A stretch of 64,000 nt of DNA from Nemertoderma westbladi (taxonomy: Eukaryota; Animalia; Xenacoelomorpha): the NCBI GenBank assembly GCA_032718475.1, contig JAUCBJ010003100.1, forward strand, positions 1 to 64,000. The letters are read 5' to 3'. Under the pieces are notes generated by a model that worked only from the letters and a program-made list of their open reading frames with translations, did not search any database and had not been told where the DNA came from. Of the stretch, positions 1 to 11,738 are shown piece after piece. Position 1 is the first letter of the stretch. The number at the start of each line of letters is the position of its first letter. The translations under genes and the position numbers were made by a program.

Positions 1-176
1 TTATTCCCAGATCCCAAAGGGAAGCGTTGTTCAACTGAGCCCCGTTAGTCGGTGGGGTTGACTTGTAACGAGAGGCTTATTATGAGGCATAATGAGATAC
101 GCATTGCGTATCTTCTTCAGTCAACCAATATTGGCCGATCAACAAATAAAAACCGATAATCACTAATATAATGGCA

Positions 177-582
177 AATCCCAAATTCCATATTCCCAAA
201 TCCCAAATACCTTAATCCCAAATCCCAAATACCTTATTCCCAAATCCCAAATACCTTATTCCCAAATCCCAAATACCTTATTCCCAAATCCCAAATCCCA
301 AATACCTTAATCCCAAATCCCTAATACCTTATTCCCAATTCCAAAATACCTTATTCCCAAATACCTTATTCCCAATTCCAAAATACCTTATTCTCAAATC
401 CCAAATACCTTATTCCCAAATACCTAAATCCCAAATCCCAAATACCTTATTCCCAAATCCCAAATACCTTATTCCCAAATCCCAAATACCTTATTCCCAA
501 ATCCCAAATACCTTATTCCCAAATCCCAAATACCTTATTCCCAAATCCCAAATACCTTATTCCCAAATTTCTTAATCCGAAA
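177..582. repeat. Minisatellite, ~22-bp unit CCCAAATCCCAAATACCTTATT
   Basis: Tandem copies directly visible, with internal CCCAAAT sub-repeats. Confidence 0.95.
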
Positions 583-1734
583 TCCGACATGGTATTTGCG
601 TTCAGTTCCCCCCCCCCCCCCCCTGTCTCCCCTGGTGACCCAGGGTTTGGGCCATAAAGTTCATCAGGAAAGGGACTCGATGAATTGTTGACCGCTCTCT
701 CTCCAGTAGGGGGTGAGACAGGCAGCCGTTCAGGAGATAACTGACGCCTGTGAGGCCGATTGTGTCCGGTAATTCCACTGGCCTCTAGTGGCTGGATCTC
801 CGCATTGCTAATGTAATCCATAGTGGGGGTTGGGGGGTGCTTTTTTGCCGAGTCAGCTCTCGGGGAAAATACCACACCCTGGTTTGCCATTCCACAGGGT
901 GGGTGCCTCAGTGGAGTCAGATATGAGGCCAATCACCCATACCTACTCTCGTGCACATGACCCACCATTGGCTGTGCAGCTCATCTGCTGGGTCATGCCC
1001 TGTACCCCTGCTGCCAGGTGCAGGTCGCAGTGAAGTGCACTTAGAGTGGACATGTGTCATGAAATCCAATATGTGACGTCATACAATATTGCGGTGGACG
1101 GGTGTTATAATTAATTTAATATCATTTAATTTGTTAACCGTGCACAATGTGTCACCCGTATGTAATACTGTTTGTATATTGACAACATACTAGCCACATT
1201 CTGTACACCATATCGGCTACATTCAATATCAGACCGTTAATTAACAATTAATTAACGTTATATTGATGCCTATGTGAATACTGCAGATAAAAAGGCTTTG
1301 CCATGTTTTACAGAATGCACTCATTCTCTTCCAAGCTTATTTACATGGTTAGTACAGTAGATTATTATTTAGATTAATATAATCAATTAAAGTGAAACGA
1401 TCTTTCAATTCATTTTCAATTCATGGAGAGCGGCAATAACTTGGGCTTACTTTCAACGCTACTTCTACAGTATGACAACATGAGAACACTCTACTCCTGA
1501 ACAGCCATTGGTAGATCACATTCTGCCTGGTCAGGCCATATACCCCTGCAGACAATTATATGGGTCCTTAATCCAGGACCAAGGGCGTCCTTATCCCAGA
1601 ACGAAGGGGGTCCTAGTTACAGGACCAGATTTGCCCTAGTAAGAGGGTCTATGCAGCTACAGGTGGCACCTCATTTATGCTGCATGGAGGTGGCAAGTTT
1701 TCTTGATCAATGACCTAGAATACTTGACCTGACT

Positions 1735-2100
1735 GTAGAGGAGGTGGAAAATTTCTACCAGAATCTACAAGCAGCTACTGATGGAGTGGATCAGCATGCA
1801 TTCTTAACATTCCTGGGAGACTTTAATGCAAGTCTGCATCAATCACCTACTTCATCGCCCTGGGTCTATAGCAATAGTGTTAACCGAAATTCCGTCCATC
1901 TTCAGATGTTATCTCTGGAAATGGATTGTTTTCGGCTGGAACCCAGTTCAAGAAGCGAACTGGAAAGCTATGGACTCATAGTGGACCCAGTGGTCACAAG
2001 TCCCAGATAGACCATATCCTGTTTCGTAGGAAATACAGGAGCTCTATACAAGACTGTAATGCATTTACACTACGACCCTTCTCCAGTGATCACCGCCTTA
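1735..2100 (+). pseudogene. Frameshifted APE endonuclease fragment of an RTE-like LINE
   Basis: Motifs LGDFNA, SQIDHIL and SDHRL spread over two overlapping frames. Confidence 0.75.
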
Positions 2101-3600
2101 TTGAACCCACTTTCACTTTTACTCGCTCAGAATCTCAGATGGATGTCGCTTACGTCACTGCAGCATCCCCTTACAAATGTTTAATAATTGCTCCTATTGG
2201 TAACTCGGACCATGGCCATAAGACTATTCTAATTAAGCCTAAAATTGACTGTAGGAATATCTATAAACCAAAATCATGTTACAAAAGAGTTCAGGTTTTT
2301 AGTTCGGACAAAGTTGCTGAAGTGCGACAAGTGTTTCAAGAGACAGACTGGAATATTTTCTATGATGAAACCCAGAGTCTAGATGAAAATGTAGAAACAA
2401 CTGAAAATTACGACACTTACCCTCGACAAAGATTAAAACCAGGAAGTTTAATATGCGGCAGCCGATCAAGAGTATTAGGGAACTAATAGAAGAGAAAAGG
2501 CGTTGCTATTGTGAATAGAGATAACGCCAAGCGAAATGAGTGCCAGTGAAAGATTAATAAATTAATATTTAACAAACGTCAATCAGATTTTAGCAGTATG
2601 TCAAAAGATCAACTATATAAGCTATCAAGCAACTGCCTCAAGAACAAACATAAAATTCATACATTTGATGCGAAAGAAGTTGAGAGTTTAAATGAGTTCT
2701 TTACTAGGTTTAATGAAGACGTGGACAAAGATGAACCAACGTACAAAGGAGTTAGCTATGAGAATAACGTGAAAGTCATTGAGCATCTTGAAGTTGAACA
2801 TCAAATCCGTAAATTGAAATCAAATACTGCCCAAGGAAGTAGCATTATATCATCAAATTGCTATAAAACATTCGCTAAGGAACTTTCAATACCATATGCC
2901 TCCCTTTTTAATGGCAGCTTTCAACTCCAAAAATATCCTCAAAGTTGGAACTCTGCGCTAACATCTGCTTTACCCAAAAGACACAACTCATCTATCTCAG
3001 ATAAAACGAGTTTCAGGCGTGTATGTGTTACTCCACTAAGCTCAAGGATCCTAGACAGGATTGCGCTAGGAATTTTCCGTACTACAACAGTAGATATCGA
3101 TGACATCTTCCAATTTGCGTACAAAAAGGATTATTCAACTGCGGATGCAGTGCTTTATTTATTACACCAAATTACGGGAGCACTAGACAAAAGGCACACA
3201 ATCGTAAAATGCCTATTCATAGATTACTCCTCTGCTTTTAATACAGTACTGCAGAACAGATTCTTGAACAAACTGTTAGACGAACTGCCTACAGATATGC
3301 GCTGGTTGGTGACTTGGTTACAGTCTTATATGAGTAACTTCTCTCAATGCGTTAAATCTGGTAGAATTATATCTCCTACAATAACTCTAAAAGTGGGATT
3401 TCCTCAAGGTGGTCCTCTAAGCGGTCCATTGTTTACAAAAGATACAGATGAAATTAGAGAAGAAGATGGTTCCCTTGCCAAGTATTCCGACGATTCTCGT
3501 TGCTTGTACTCTATTAGTTGCTCAACAGATAATGATAAATATGAGCTAAGTATTAAGAAAATTGTAGATTTGTCATTAAAGAAAAACTTGTTCTTTAATA
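2101..3600 (+). mobile_element. Decayed LINE (L2/Rex-like): end of endonuclease plus partial reverse transcriptase
   Basis: IGNSDH motif; ORF 2598-3629 with QFAYK..STADA, FIDYSSAFNT, GFPQGGPLSGPLF and KYSDD. Confidence 0.8.
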
Positions 3601-3617
3601 TGTTCGAATATGTCGAA

Positions 3618-3990
3618 TATGTTCTTTAATCGAGTTGTAAATATCTGGAATGACCTCACCGATGATATTGTTACCAGTATTTCTGTGGAGCAATTTCAAC
3701 TAAAACTTATTGAATGCGATCTCACTAAATACTGTAATTTTGATAGGAATTTGTAATTTGTTTCGTTGTAAATTTTTATTTCATTTAAATACTTTGTGCA
3801 ATGTGTTGCATATTTTATATTAATTGATATTTACTTAAGCTAGAGAGTATCAGTCGCCTCGTTTACCGTGTTAAACTTTTTACTTTTGTTCTGGTCGGTA
3901 CATTGTGCCTTTTATTGTGATTTTTAATGTTGTCTGTGCGCTACTCTAACTGGAGTTATCTCCGAATAATATATCTTATCTTATCTTACC
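3618..3990 (+). mobile_element. 3' end of a CR1-like LINE with short (ATCTT)n tail
   Basis: FFNRVVNIWNDL C-terminal motif, AT-rich 3' UTR, atatcttatcttatctt tail. Confidence 0.65.
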
Positions 3991-4446
3991 ATAGGCAGAT
4001 AGTTTGGCAAGTACTTTCTTATGTACAACAGAGTTGAAGGCTTTCGTAAAGTCAATATAAATTGTGTTAATGCTCTGTCGTTTATCTAATATATTGCACA
4101 AATCATTACTGCATTGTAACAATTGAGTACAGGTAGACCGTTTCTTCAAAAACCAATGTTGGGATTTCGATATAAGTTTATGAGAATATAAGTAATCTAG
4201 TAGTTTGTCCTTAATTAACATTTCCCTAGTTTTACAAGCAATAAATGTCAAAGAAATAGGTCTGTAGTTATAAGGATTGAAAGCATAATCCTTTTTGTAA
4301 ATAGGAACTACGTATGCTGTAAACCAAATTGAAGGTAGACAGTGGCTACTGAATGAGATTTGGAATATGGCCGCTAGAGGGGCTGCCAAGCAGCGTGATA
4401 ATTTAGAGAAAATAATACTGGGGAAACCATCAGGTGTAGGATTCAA
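3990..4446 (-). pseudogene. CR1-like LINE reverse transcriptase N-terminal fragment; the frame continues at ~6799-6830 beyond the satellite
   Basis: PDGFP...VVPIYKK...NYRPISLT...IYIDFTKAFNSV. Confidence 0.85.
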
Positions 4447-6798
4447 TTGGGGAAACCATCAGGTGTAGGACTCAATTGGGAAAACCATCAGGTGTAGGAC
4501 TCAATTGGGGAAACCATCAGGTGTAGGACTCAATTGGGGAAACCATCAGGTGTACGACTCAATTGGGGAAACCATCAGGTGTAGGACTCAATTGGGGAAA
4601 CCATCAGGTGTAGGACTCAATTGGGGAAACCATCAGGTGTACGACTCAATTGGGGAAACCATCAGGTGTAGGACTCAATTGGGGAAACCATCAGGTGTAG
4701 GACTCAATTGGGGAAACCATCAGGTGTAGGACTCAATTGGGGGAACCATCAGGTGTAGGACTCAATTGGGGGAACCATCAGGTGTAGGACTCAATTGGGG
4801 AAACCATCAGGTGTAGGACTCTATTGGGGAAACCATCAGGTATAGGACTCAATTGGGGAAACCATCAGGTGTAGGACTCAATTGGGGAAACCATCAGGTG
4901 TAGGACTCAATTGGGGAAACCATCAGGTGTAGGACTCAATTGGGGAAACCATCAGGTGTAGGACTCAATTGGGGAAACCATCAGGTGTAGGACTCAATTG
5001 GGGGAACCATCAGGTGTAGGACTCAATTGGGGGAACCATCAGGTGTAGGACTCAATTGGGGAAACCATCAGGTGTAGGACTCTATTGGGGAAACCATCAG
5101 GTATAGGACTCAATTGGGGAAACCATCAGGTGTAGGACTCAATTGGGGAAACCATCAGGTGTAGGACTCAATTGGGGAAACCATCAGGTGTAGGACTCAA
5201 TTGGGGAAACCATCAGGTGTAGGACTCAATTGGGGAAACCATCAGGTGTAGGACTCAATTGGGGGAACCATCAGGTGTAGGACTCAATTGGGGGAACCAT
5301 CAGGTGTAGGACTCAATTGGGGAAACCATCAGGTGTAGGACTCTATTGGGGAAACCATCAGGTGTAGGACTCTATTGGGGAAACCATCAGGTGTAGGACT
5401 CAATTGGGGAAACCATCAGGTGTAGGACTCTATTGGGGAAACCATCAGGTGTAGGACTCAATTGGGGAAACCATCAGGTGTAGGACTCAATTGGGGAAAC
5501 CATCAGGTATAGGACTCTATTGGGGAAACCATCAGGTGTAGGACTCAATTGGGGAAACCATCAGGTGTAGGACTCAATTGGGGAAACCATCAGGTGTAGG
5601 ACTCTATTGGGGAAACCATCAGGTGTACGACTCAATTGGGGAAACCATCAGGTGTACGACTCAATTGGGGGAACCATCAGGTGTAGGACTCAATTGGGGA
5701 AACCATCAGGTGTAGGACTCAATTGGGGAAACCATCAGGTGTAGGACTCAATTGGGGAAACCATCAGGTGTAGGACTCAATTGGGGAAACCATCAGGTGT
5801 AGGACTCTATTGGGGAAACCATCAGGTGTAGGACTCAATTGGGGAAACCATCAGGTGTAGGACTCTATTGGGGAAACCATCAGGTATAGGACTCAATTGG
5901 GGAAACCATCAGGTGTAGGACTCAATTGGGGAAACCATCAGGTGTAGGACTCAATTGGGGAAACCATCAGGTGTAGGACTCAATTGGGGAAACCATCAGG
6001 TGTAGGACTCAATTGGGGAAACCATCAGGTGTAGGACTCAATTGGGGGAACCATCAGGTGTAGGACTCAATTGGGGGAACCATCAGGTGTAGGACTCAAT
6101 TGGGGAAACCATCAGGTGTAGGACTCTATTGGGGAAACCATCAGGTGTAGGACTCTATTGGGGAAACCATCAGGTGTAGGACTCAATTGGGGAAACCATC
6201 AGGTGTAGGACTCAATTGGGGAAACCATCAGGTGTAGGACTCTATTGGGGAAACCATCAGGTGTACGACTCAATTGGGGAAACCATCAGGTGTACGACTC
6301 AATTGGGGGAACCATCAGGTGTAGGACTCAATTGGGGAAACCATCAGGTGTAGGACTCAATTGGGGAAACCATCAGGTGTAGGACTCAATTGGGGAAACC
6401 ATCAGGTGTAGGACTCAATTGGGGAAACCATCAGGTGTAGGACTCTATTGGGGAAACCATCAGGTGTAGGACTCAATTGGGGAAACCATCAGGTGTAGGA
6501 CTCTATTGGGGAAACCATCAGGTGTAGGACTCAATTGGGGAAACCATCAGGTGTAGGACTCAATTGGGGAAACCATCAGGTGTAGGACTCAATTGGGGAA
6601 ACCATCAGGTGTACGACTTAATTGGGGAAACCATCAGGTGTAGGACTCTATTGGGGAAACCATCAGGTGTAGGACTCAATTGGGGAAACCATCAGGTGTA
6701 GGACTCAACTGGGGAAACCATCAGGTGTAGGACTCAATTGGGGAAACCATCAGGTGTAGGACTCAATTGGGGAAACCATCAGGTGTAGGACTCAATTG
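4420..6798. repeat. 29-bp tandem satellite GGGGAAACCATCAGGTGTAGGACTCAATT, ~82 copies
   Basis: Near-identical tandem units with a few recurring single-base variants. Confidence 0.98.
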
Positions 6799-7700
6799 AC
6801 CTTCAAATTTACGTAACATACAGCAAACGTTAACGTTAACGTAAACGTCTAAAATCAACATGATAAGAACTAATTTGCCAATATTACATATGTTAAATGT
6901 TAATGTTGAATATGAGATTCTATATAAATTCAGCCATCTTGCTGAACAACTTTCTTTCTAATGTGGAACAATTTTACTGAACGCCTAGGTATTACTGTAT
7001 AATTAATATATTATACAATTAATTAAGACAGTTAACTGTTGTCAGTGACAGTGATTTAAATAAAACAAAAATATACGAAATAATTAAAAAGTCTAACTAT
7101 AAAAATTTAGGTTTATTAAAGAGTATAATTTTCAAACAAATAAATTTATTGGAACCGAAAAAAACACTTTTACTCCCGAGAAATAATATCAACTACTATT
7201 AAATAGTTACAAAAGAATCACACAATATTATGTGATACAATAGTTAGAAAATATAGGAAATACTTACAATTAATTTAATTAAACAATCAATATTTCTATA
7301 TAATAATGGGTGTAACACCAACCTACTACTAAGTACAGTGTGGAAGTAACACAATAGACAATATACTACGTGTGTGAGTAATTAATAATATCGTTGTTTA
7401 GTGTGGAGGGCCCATTACTAACTGTGTTGATATCAAATAATCAAGGAACAAAGGTTGTAAAGGCGAGCTAATAATCACACGCATTGTCGCATTGGCCTTA
7501 TGGTATCAGATGAATAATCTATTACAAATTATTTGCTAATACGCTTGGCTGCATAGCTAATGGTCCATGAAGGGGTAAATTTGAGATTAATTTAAAGTTT
7601 AATCAGGTCTGGGGAAACAAAAGTCGCAACGAAAAAATATTACAGTTAATTTGAAAATAAAATGAAGACAAAAAATATAACGAAATGATATACGTTAGCT

Positions 7701-8225
7701 AATCCTAATCCTCAGTTACCTTCACTGATACACAGTCAACCTCCTGCACTGGATGGTTATACCTCTAGTGAGGCATTCGCACAGCATTTAAATGCTTTAC
7801 ATGCTGCTCGTAAAGCATTCATTCAATCAGAAGCAGATGAAAGGATTCGGAGGGCACTGAGACACAAGGTACGAGCTTCAGAACAAACTTTTGAACATGG
7901 TGATCTTGTATTCTATAAACATGATGGCAAGGATAGATGGCTTGGCCCTGCCAAGGTCGTTTTCCAGGATGGAAAGGTTATTTTTGTTCGTCATGGTGGT
8001 GTCTTTATTCGAGTTGCACCCCATCGCCTTGTATTAGTCAATCCTTTGGAACCATCTGTGACTACAACTCCTCCCCAAGAACTCATTGCTTTGAAACATC
8101 TTAAGGCAACTGATATTGACATCACTGGTTCTAACTTGGAAAGATCTAAACCAAGAAATAGCAATATTCAGGAGTTGCTTCCTGTTGGGGTTCCCGAAGG
8201 ATTGATAAAGAGTTTTAGTATAAGA
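7701..8225 (+). mobile_element. LTR-retrotransposon integrase C-terminal fragment, probably GalEa-like Ty1/copia
   Basis: Open frame from 7701: HLNALHAARKAFIQSEADERIRRALRHKVR...GDLVFYK...WLGPAKV...VRHGGVFIRV. Confidence 0.6.
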
Positions 8226-8555
8226 TGTCGAATATAATAACAATAATCTTATAGTATATGTAATATATAAACAGAGCTATTCCTACAGTATAAGTATACA
8301 TATTGGCAATATTATTGAAAGTTTTACGACAACAAAAAAAACAACAACAATAACAAAGAATATCAAAAGAGTAAATGGTAAAGAGTAAACCTCAATAGAT
8401 AAATCAGCTGTTAATTAATGTAACAATGTGACAAATATAATACTTCAAAGTAAGCCTATGTATAATGGTAAATTACCAACTAATAATCATGATAATATAA
8501 TGTTTAGAAAAACTATGGGAAGAATGATTATAAAAGCTAATATAAATCTCCAACA
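8226..8555 (-). repeat. Putative 3' LTR of the BEL/Pao element
   Basis: On the minus strand a polypurine tract GGTGGGGAGA is followed by TGTTGG at 8555; candidate ...TCGACA end at 8226, where the copia-like frame degenerates; no partner LTR for confirmation. Confidence 0.45.
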
Positions 8556-9653
8556 TCTCCCCACCAATTATACTGTATAAACTATTAAATATATCAATCA
8601 ATATTAATAACAAACATGTCTATGTAGGTAGTGAGTGCATTTGGTTCTGAGTTCAACATTTTTAGTACTAATCCACCTGTATTTTATGATTGAACTTCAA
8701 GTGGATATAGTAAACTTATTGGTCGCTGTATAATATGGTTTCCGACCTTTTTTAGTCCTACTGTGACATCAGCTGCACGGACACGCTCATCTCGGCCATG
8801 GATAAGTTTTGCTATCCGACCAAACTTCCAGAAAGCACGAGGTTTATGAGCTTGAAGTATAATCACAATATCTCCAATCTTGATATTGGATTTGTTGTCT
8901 TTAGTGTTAGTCCAATGTTGACTTTTCCTGAAACAAAGATAGTCATCTAACCAAGATTTCCAAAATTTAGCTATCAAACTCTTCCGTAGTTTGTAAGATT
9001 GTCTAAGACTGTTTTGAGTTGCACTCAATTGTTCAGGTACTTCAGTCTCATCAGGTAATGAACCTAGGCGACGGCTATAAAGAAGATGATTTGGAGTTAA
9101 TATGTCAACGTTATCTTCAGTGTCGACATAGGTAAGTGGTCTTGAATTGAGAACTCCTTCGACTTCTACGAGGATTGTTCTCAGAGCATCAGATGACAAT
9201 ATGGCACGTCCAATGACTTTGCGGAGACATTTCTTGGTTGACTGAACAAACCTTTCCCACAGGCCTCCTCACCATGAGGCTAAAGCCACATTAAATTGCC
9301 AAGTTATTCTATTTTGGCAACAATATGTTATGACTTCAGGTGATTTCACGATTTGTTTATAGAGTTTCTTTAATTCTCGCGATGCTCTTTTAAGCGTGGC
9401 ACCATTGTCAGACAAGATGCGAATTGGGACTCCTCTTCGAGCTATGACTAGCCTCAACGAATTTATGAATGTTTCACTTGTGAGATCGTTAAGTAAATCC
9501 AGATGAATTGCTCTTGTGCTGGGGCATGTATAAAGGCAAATGTAAATCTTCAACGTACTGTCAGTAGACACTTCTGACTTTACATAAAGTGGACCAGCCA
9601 TGTCGATTCCAATATTAGCGAATGGATAGGACTGATCAACACAAAACGGAGGC

Positions 9654-11738
9654 TTTTGAAAAGCTCCTCTGTGAGCGGATTCAATTCCGCCTCACCAACC
9701 CACATAAAGTGGGAAAGAGCGCCTTTAAGCAATATTAGGGAGTACGAGGTTGATTGACAACCAACCTCGTATCACCCCCAATAAACGGGGACGACAAACA
9801 CCAAAGGGCCTCACACAAAGGGGGGTCAGAGGTTACATCTCCGGGAGGGAGAGAGTGACAGTAGCAGGGGGAAAACACTCCCAGAGAGTTAAGGGCGAGA
9901 ATTAGGTTACCAACCAATGGGGGGACAGGAAAGGCATCAGCTGAGTAATAAGGCCAATGTGGTGTGATATATTACCGGTTGGTGTTCAGTTTACAGTTTA
10001 GTTTACTCAGTACAGTTAAGGGCAGTACGGTAACTTTTATTACCGTCGCCGCTGCCATCACCAATTTATATTACTGGTATTCTGTAGTTCTTGATTCAGT
10101 TTACATTCATCTATTATATTTATACCTATTGATTAATCAACAAGACCAGAACTCTCAACAAACTCTTTTCACACACGGCGGGGACGCGTAAATAAAACAA
10201 CCGGTCGGGATCCCCGGATCCCGTCACAGTAATAAAATTCTAACTGCTTAAACTGACTGCCAGAGTAATAAAAGATCAAACTGTCTGAAACTGCCACTGC
10301 CAGCCACAGTAATAAAAGACCAGCTAACCTGAAACTGTGACTGCCAGCCACCAATCTAAGGAAGAAGTTAAAAGATGAGTCAGCAAGGAGAGACGACACC
10401 GCCGCGGACCCCGGACGACAACCTAACGATCCGCGAGGCCACGACAAGATGGTATTGACCCACGAGGCCGGATTCGTCAGCGAGATACGGTCTGGCGGCC
10501 CAGGCGGAGGGCGGCCGTCTACCACAGCGAGGGAGAGACGAGTCGAGAGAAGGGAGGGACGAGTCGACGCACAGTGGCGGTCAGAGCACCGGAGTCGCCG
10601 GCCAGGCACAGGCCGAGGGCGACGGACGGCCCACCGGAACGGCAACGGTGGGGCCGCCGGTACAACGCCGGACACGGAGAGAAAGAGGGGATGTCGGCGA
10701 CGAGGACGTCGGAGTTAGCGACCGGCTCTGACGGGCTTACAACGCCACAAAGGAACAACTAAGGGAGGCCAAGGAAGGGGCGAAGATAGATCAGGTGAAG
10801 TTAGAGAAGCGGCTAGGTGAGTCGAATAAACATTTTGATTATCTGGTGCGCTTTGGGCAGGGAGAACTAGCCAGTGAAAGAGCGAGAGGGGTCGCCACCG
10901 AACTGTTTGAACTGTGGGAATGTAGGGGTATGGAGCCTGGTGTAGTGTACATAGGGCCATACTTAGTTGATGCCAGGGGAGTTAAGTTAGTGGGTTGGGC
11001 GGGACCGCACGAGGGCGAATCCGAGGTTAACTCCGAGGATTCGGTCTCGTCGGTCAGCGAGAACCCCGGAAAGCGGGGGAAAGTTAGTAGGATGGAGGGG
11101 CGACGGGAGTCCATCGCAACCAATGTGGATGACTTCTGTTACCTGGGATCATGGATCCGGAAGTCAGGTGAGTACCTTCGAATACGTAAGGGAAAGGCAT
11201 GGGCAGCCTTGAATAGGCTTTCCAGGATTTGGAAGTCTCCGAGAATTAATCGGAAACTTAAGGTCCGATTATTTAGAGCAGCAGTAGTTCCCATACTCCT
11301 CTATGGGAGTCCATGCTGGGCTCTAACTGCTGAGGACACCAAATCTCTGGATGGCACATTCACAAGAATGCTACGCCGGGTTCATTGTGTCAAGTACAAT
11401 GCACAAATCTCCAACCAGACACTATATAACATTGGAGGTGTCTCATTGGTTCCCCCAAGCTTGACACTAGAACAAAATCGCCTCCGCTTTGCAGGACATT
11501 GCTTTCGCCGTGAGGACCAGCCAGTGCATAATCTTGTACTTTGTTAGCCTCATGGAGTGAATAAGCATGGTGGACAGCCCATGACTTTCTTGAGACGCAT
11601 CTTAAAGGACACTGGCCTTGAAGATGCAGATGATCTAGCAAATGTCATGGGTGAGTTGTGGCGGTGCAATTTTGTCGAAAAGCCGGCACAGCATTCTTAA
11701 AAATGCAGCTGCAATGCAGCATGCCGATCCTAGTAGTA
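9654..11738 (+). mobile_element. Composite insertion into the BEL integrase: RTE-like LINE remnant with (TAG)n tail and an internal LTR-like piece
   Basis: GAGGC direct repeat at 9649-9653 and 11739-11743; removing the insert restores BEL ...QAPPLP/PFCVDQ...; RTE-type C-terminus DDFCYLGS...LLYGS..W...RLRFAGHC at 11121-11547. Confidence 0.75.
9732..11120 (+). mobile_element. Probable LTR (ending ...AATAAA...CCCGTCACA near 10228) plus GC-rich 5' internal fragment of an LTR retroelement
   Basis: Poly(A) signal and CA end, then short internal repeats and GC-rich broken ORFs; no diagnostic domain. Confidence 0.35.

Noticed and set aside
590-1070. Self-cleaving ribozyme in a GC-rich possible LINE 5' UTR
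   Set aside because: No hammerhead core or HDV-like fold could be assigned by eye; needs an Infernal or RNArobo search.
4420-6798. CRISPR array (29-bp repeats)
   Set aside because: Units are contiguous with no spacers, there are no cas genes, and the context is eukaryotic.
10795-11547. 250-aa ORF as a single gene
   Set aside because: Chance in-frame fusion of an LTR-element fragment and a LINE C-terminus at ~11120.
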